Shown here piece by piece: positions 26,642-29,485 of a stretch of DNA of 29,485 nt. Where the stretch lies: positions 1 through 29,485 of the forward strand of contig VGIY01000001.1 of assembly GCA_016867695.1 (NCBI GenBank). Direction: 5' to 3'. The notes below the pieces were generated by a model that was not told the DNA's origin, made no database searches, and saw nothing but the letters and a program-made list of their open reading frames with translations. The DNA comes from Candidatus Eiseniibacteriota bacterium. Its GTDB lineage: Bacteria > Eisenbacteria > RBG-16-71-46 > CAIMUX01 > WJJG01. The position numbers and the translations under genes were made by a program. Each line of letters starts with the position of its first letter. Positions within the stretch are counted from its first letter, which is position 1.

Positions 26642-28594
26642 TCACGGCCGTCTCCCCGCGCGCAGCGTCGCCAGGTGGCGCTCGACCTCCTCCCGCCGCG
26701 GGAAGCGCGGATCGATCGCCAGGACCTCCTCCAGGACGCGCTCGGCCGCGCCCGGCTGGCCGCTGTTGGCCAGCGAGATGCCCAGCAGGTAGGCCGCCGG
26801 CGCGGAGCGCGGCCAGAGGGGGCGCAGCCGCGAGAGCGTTTCCACGGCGCGCTCCCAGTAGCCGACGCGCGTCATCACGATCGCCAGGTTGTAGAGCACC
26901 TCCGGCGAGTCTGGGTAGAGGAGCAGCGCGTCGTCCAGCCTTCGCCCGGCGTCCAGCGGGCGGCCGAGGGCCAGCTCCGCGTTGGCCAGGTTGATGTGGA
27001 TGCCGACGTCGGCATAGCCCGCTGCGAGAGCCGCGTCGAGCAGCTCGATCGCCTCGGCCAGCGCCCCGCCGCGCGCGAGCTCGCCGCCGAGCGTCGCCAG
27101 GAAGCCGCCGCGCAGCCCCCCCGCGGGGCCGAGGGCCACGCGCTCCCGCCAGCCCTCGTCCAGCGGCCCGCGCCCCTCGGGCAGCAGGAGCGCGCGCACC
27201 CGCCCGCCCGGTCGGCTCCCGGAGGCGCGCTCCTCGACCGCCTGATCGCGCAGGTCGAGATAGAAGGCGACGACGTCGGGGAACTCCTCGGCGCGGCGCA
27301 GGAAACGGACGATCATCCGCTCGCTGAGCACGACACCGCGACAGGCGCCGTACCAGCCGGTCCAGTAGGCGCCCCGCTCGCTCGCCGGATCGACGGCGTG
27401 GAACGGGATCGGCAGGAAGCGCAGCTCCCCGCCCCCCGAGGGGGCGAAGCCGAGGTCGTGGGCGACGAGGCTCCCTGCCGGCAACCGCTCCGCCAGCCAG
27501 GACTCGATCTCGGCGGTGGACGGCGGCTCCCCGGAGTTCCCGGCAGCGCGGCCGATCGTCGTCGCCGCCAGCGCGCCGACGGCGGCGGCGAGGACGAGGG
27601 CGCGCAGCGCGGTGGCGCCTCGCGACGCCCGCGTTCCGGCCACTGCCGCGGCCATCGCTCCCGCCTCGCTCGCCGCCCAGGGCAGGAGCAGCAGGAGAGG
27701 CAGCTCCCGCGGGAACCCGGCCAGAGTCCCCAGCACGACCACGCCGGCGAAGGCCGCCGGCGCCGCGTCGCCGGCTAGCACTCGCCGGGACCAGCCCGGC
27801 ACGCGGGCGGCGAGCAGCAGAAGCCCCGGGAGGTGCAAGGAGCCCCACAGCGGCCAGGCGTCCCGGGAGAGGCCGAAGCCGATCCCGGAGCGCAGGACGC
27901 CCTCGAGCCGCGCCTGCCAGAGGAGCGCGCGCAGCCACTCGAGCGTCTGCAGCAGAGCCGGGGGATTGAGCGCCGGCGCCCCGAGCAGGCCGATGCCGAG
28001 CGTCGTCCAGGCCGCCCGCCGCCCCTCCCTCGGCCCGGCGAGCGCTCCCAGCGCCACCGGCAGCAGCGCCACCCAGGACCAGGGAGACCAGCCCAGCGAC
28101 CAGGCGAGCAGGAGCCCCGCGGCCCAGGTGGGGAGCGCCCGGCGGGCGAGGAGGAGAAAGACGATCCCCAGCGACGCGCCGGGGCTCGCCTCCAGCGCGC
28201 CTTCGACCCAGATGGGCGAGCCGGCGAGGATGAGGGCGCCGGCGAACCCCTCCCAACCCGTGACCTTGCCTCCCCGGCGACCGGCCAGCAGCCCGACGGC
28301 CAGCAACGCCGCCGCGAGCCCCGCGACCCGCCCCGCGGCCGGCAACGCCGCGGCCGGAGCGCCCAGCCGGAGCAGCACGACCGCCGGGCCGACGCGGGGA
28401 TCCTCGCGGACCGCGAGCACATCGAGCAGGCCGCGGCCCGTGGCCCGCGACTCGGCCTCCAGCGCCGCCGCGCGCTCCGCCCAGGCGGGAGGCGCCGCCG
28501 GCGCGGCGAAGAGGCCGCGGGCGGCGGCGAGAGCGAGCAGGAACAGCATCGGCGCGAGCGCTCGCAGGCGGGGCCGGCAAGGGAGCGGGCGCAC
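26642..28594 (-). CDS. Polytopic membrane protein with C-terminal TPR repeats (possibly GT-C/ArnT-PMT-like)
   Basis: C-terminal part of track ORF 26642..29008. The start is GTG 28594 (2 nt after the BamA-like stop) or ATG 28549. Many Leu/Ala/Gly/Trp hydrophobic segments, a soluble domain, then about three TPR units (INLANAELALG, YPDSPEVLYNLA, YLLGISLANSG...ALDP-like ends). The GT-C call is tentative. Confidence 0.65.
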   Translation of the reverse strand: MRPLPCRPRLRALAPMLFLLALAAARGLFAAPAAPPAWAERAAALEAESRATGRGLLDVLAVREDPRVGPAVVLLRLGAPAAALPAAGRVAGLAAALLAVGLLAGRRGGKVTGWEGFAGALILAGSPIWVEGALEASPGASLGIVFLLLARRALPTWAAGLLLAWSLGWSPWSWVALLPVALGALAGPREGRRAAWTTLGIGLLGAPALNPPALLQTLEWLRALLWQARLEGVLRSGIGFGLSRDAWPLWGSLHLPGLLLLAARVPGWSRRVLAGDAAPAAFAGVVVLGTLAGFPRELPLLLLLPWAASEAGAMAAAVAGTRASRGATALRALVLAAAVGALAATTIGRAAGNSGEPPSTAEIESWLAERLPAGSLVAHDLGFAPSGGGELRFLPIPFHAVDPASERGAYWTGWYGACRGVVLSERMIVRFLRRAEEFPDVVAFYLDLRDQAVEERASGSRPGGRVRALLLPEGRGPLDEGWRERVALGPAGGLRGGFLATLGGELARGGALAEAIELLDAALAAGYADVGIHINLANAELALGRPLDAGRRLDDALLLYPDSPEVLYNLAIVMTRVGYWERAVETLSRLRPLWPRSAPAAYLLGISLANSGQPGAAERVLEEVLAIDPRFPRREEVERHLATLRAGRRP

Positions 28595-28596
28595 GA

Positions 28597-29485
28597 CTAG
28601 AACTCCGCCCCGATCGAGACCTCGCCCGCCGCCTTGCCGACCCAGCCGGCCAGATCCGTGCGGCGCGAGAGGTCCCAGCGCAGGATCATGAAGCCCAGGT
28701 TGACCGCCGCCCGCAGGCCGCACGAGGCGCGGACATCCTCGAGCCGGAAGGAGCCCTCGCCCCGGCCGGAGCGCAGCGCGCGGAAGTCGGCCGGGTCGTC
28801 CCAGGCGGCGCCGAAATCGCAGAAGAGCGCGCCGCGGATGCCGTAGATCCCGAGCCTCAGCGGCCAGGCGAGGGCGAACCCTTCGATGAAGGGGAAGCGG
28901 AACTCGAGGTTGGCGAAGGCGAGCGAGGTGCCGTAGAGCGGGTCCTGCGTGTAGCCGCGCAGCGAGTAGGGCCCGCCGAAGGCCATGCGCTCCCGGTCGC
29001 GCCCCCACTCGCCGGCGAAGACGCCGCGCAGCGCGAAGGCGTAGCGCTTGCGCACATTCCAGTAGAAGCGGTAGTCGGCCTCCAGCCCATGCGCCCTGCG
29101 CTCGCCGACGAAGGCCCCCGCCGAGAGCCGCGAGCGCCGGCCGCTCAGCGGCCCGGTCGAGCCGAAGAGCGCCGTGTCGTGGACGAAGGCGACCTCCGGG
29201 GCGAGGTAGGCGTAGGCGTCCTCCTCCCCCTCCCAGCCGCAGAGCCAGATGTTCGTCCCGCTGATCGCGTCGCAGGCCCAGCGGAAGCGGGTCTCGTGCA
29301 CGGCGTCGACGGAGAGCTCCAGCCGGCGGAAGCGCGACAGCGGATACTGGACGCCCGCGCCCACGCCCCTGACGAGCCGCTTGAGGTAGATCTCCGGATA
29401 CCCGGGGACGGTCGAGTAGCCGTAGCCGCCCATGAACTGGTAGGCGGCGAAGCTGAGGAACGGGCGCCGCCGCTGGTTGAGATAG
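28597..29485 (-). CDS. BamA/TamA (Omp85)-family outer membrane protein, C-terminal barrel (5' end outside the window)
   Basis: The frame stays open to the right edge (YLNQRRRPFLSFAAYQFMGG...). FGGPYSLRGY (VRGF/Y-type loop 6 motif), ANLEFRFP, F.DFGAAW, and a C-terminal beta-signal SIGAEF. Confidence 0.85.
   Translation of the reverse strand, partial: YLNQRRRPFLSFAAYQFMGGYGYSTVPGYPEIYLKRLVRGVGAGVQYPLSRFRRLELSVDAVHETRFRWACDAISGTNIWLCGWEGEEDAYAYLAPEVAFVHDTALFGSTGPLSGRRSRLSAGAFVGERRAHGLEADYRFYWNVRKRYAFALRGVFAGEWGRDRERMAFGGPYSLRGYTQDPLYGTSLAFANLEFRFPFIEGFALAWPLRLGIYGIRGALFCDFGAAWDDPADFRALRSGRGEGSFRLEDVRASCGLRAAVNLGFMILRWDLSRRTDLAGWVGKAAGEVSIGAEF

Overview
A very GC-rich (roughly 75% by eye) bacterial chromosomal segment. 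Every credible gene is on the minus strand; the long plus-strand ORFs in the track look like antisense shadows. In transcription order (right to left): the C-terminal part of a BamA/Omp85-family barrel protein, a polytopic membrane protein with C-terminal TPRs, a WaaF heptosyltransferase-GmhB phosphatase fusion, exbB-exbD-exbD-tonB, a TolC-family protein, uvrA, and gcvT-gcvH-gcvPA-gcvPB. The gcv genes run on by overlapping stop/start codons into two small hypothetical genes and a long GlmL/MutL-like ASKHA ATPase, followed by an uncharacterised hybrid-motif/KOW protein. Then come a cold-shock protein, a ~1360-aa Ig-like repeat lipoprotein, HU, a 31-aa bS22-like ribosomal protein absent from the ORF track as its own gene, RNase R, a PilZ protein and the 5' part of a PorV-like barrel. 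PorV, the two-ExbD Ton operon and the Bacteroidota-type bS22 suggest an FCB-group diderm (inference). Several ORF-track starts are too long and were corrected using RBS and overlap evidence. I saw no rRNA, tRNA, CRISPR array or mobile element. The best candidate for an undescribed system is the four-gene module at 9180-13202 appended to the glycine cleavage operon, whose GlmL-like ATPase has no B12 mutase partner in the window. All family calls are from motif recognition by eye, not database searches.
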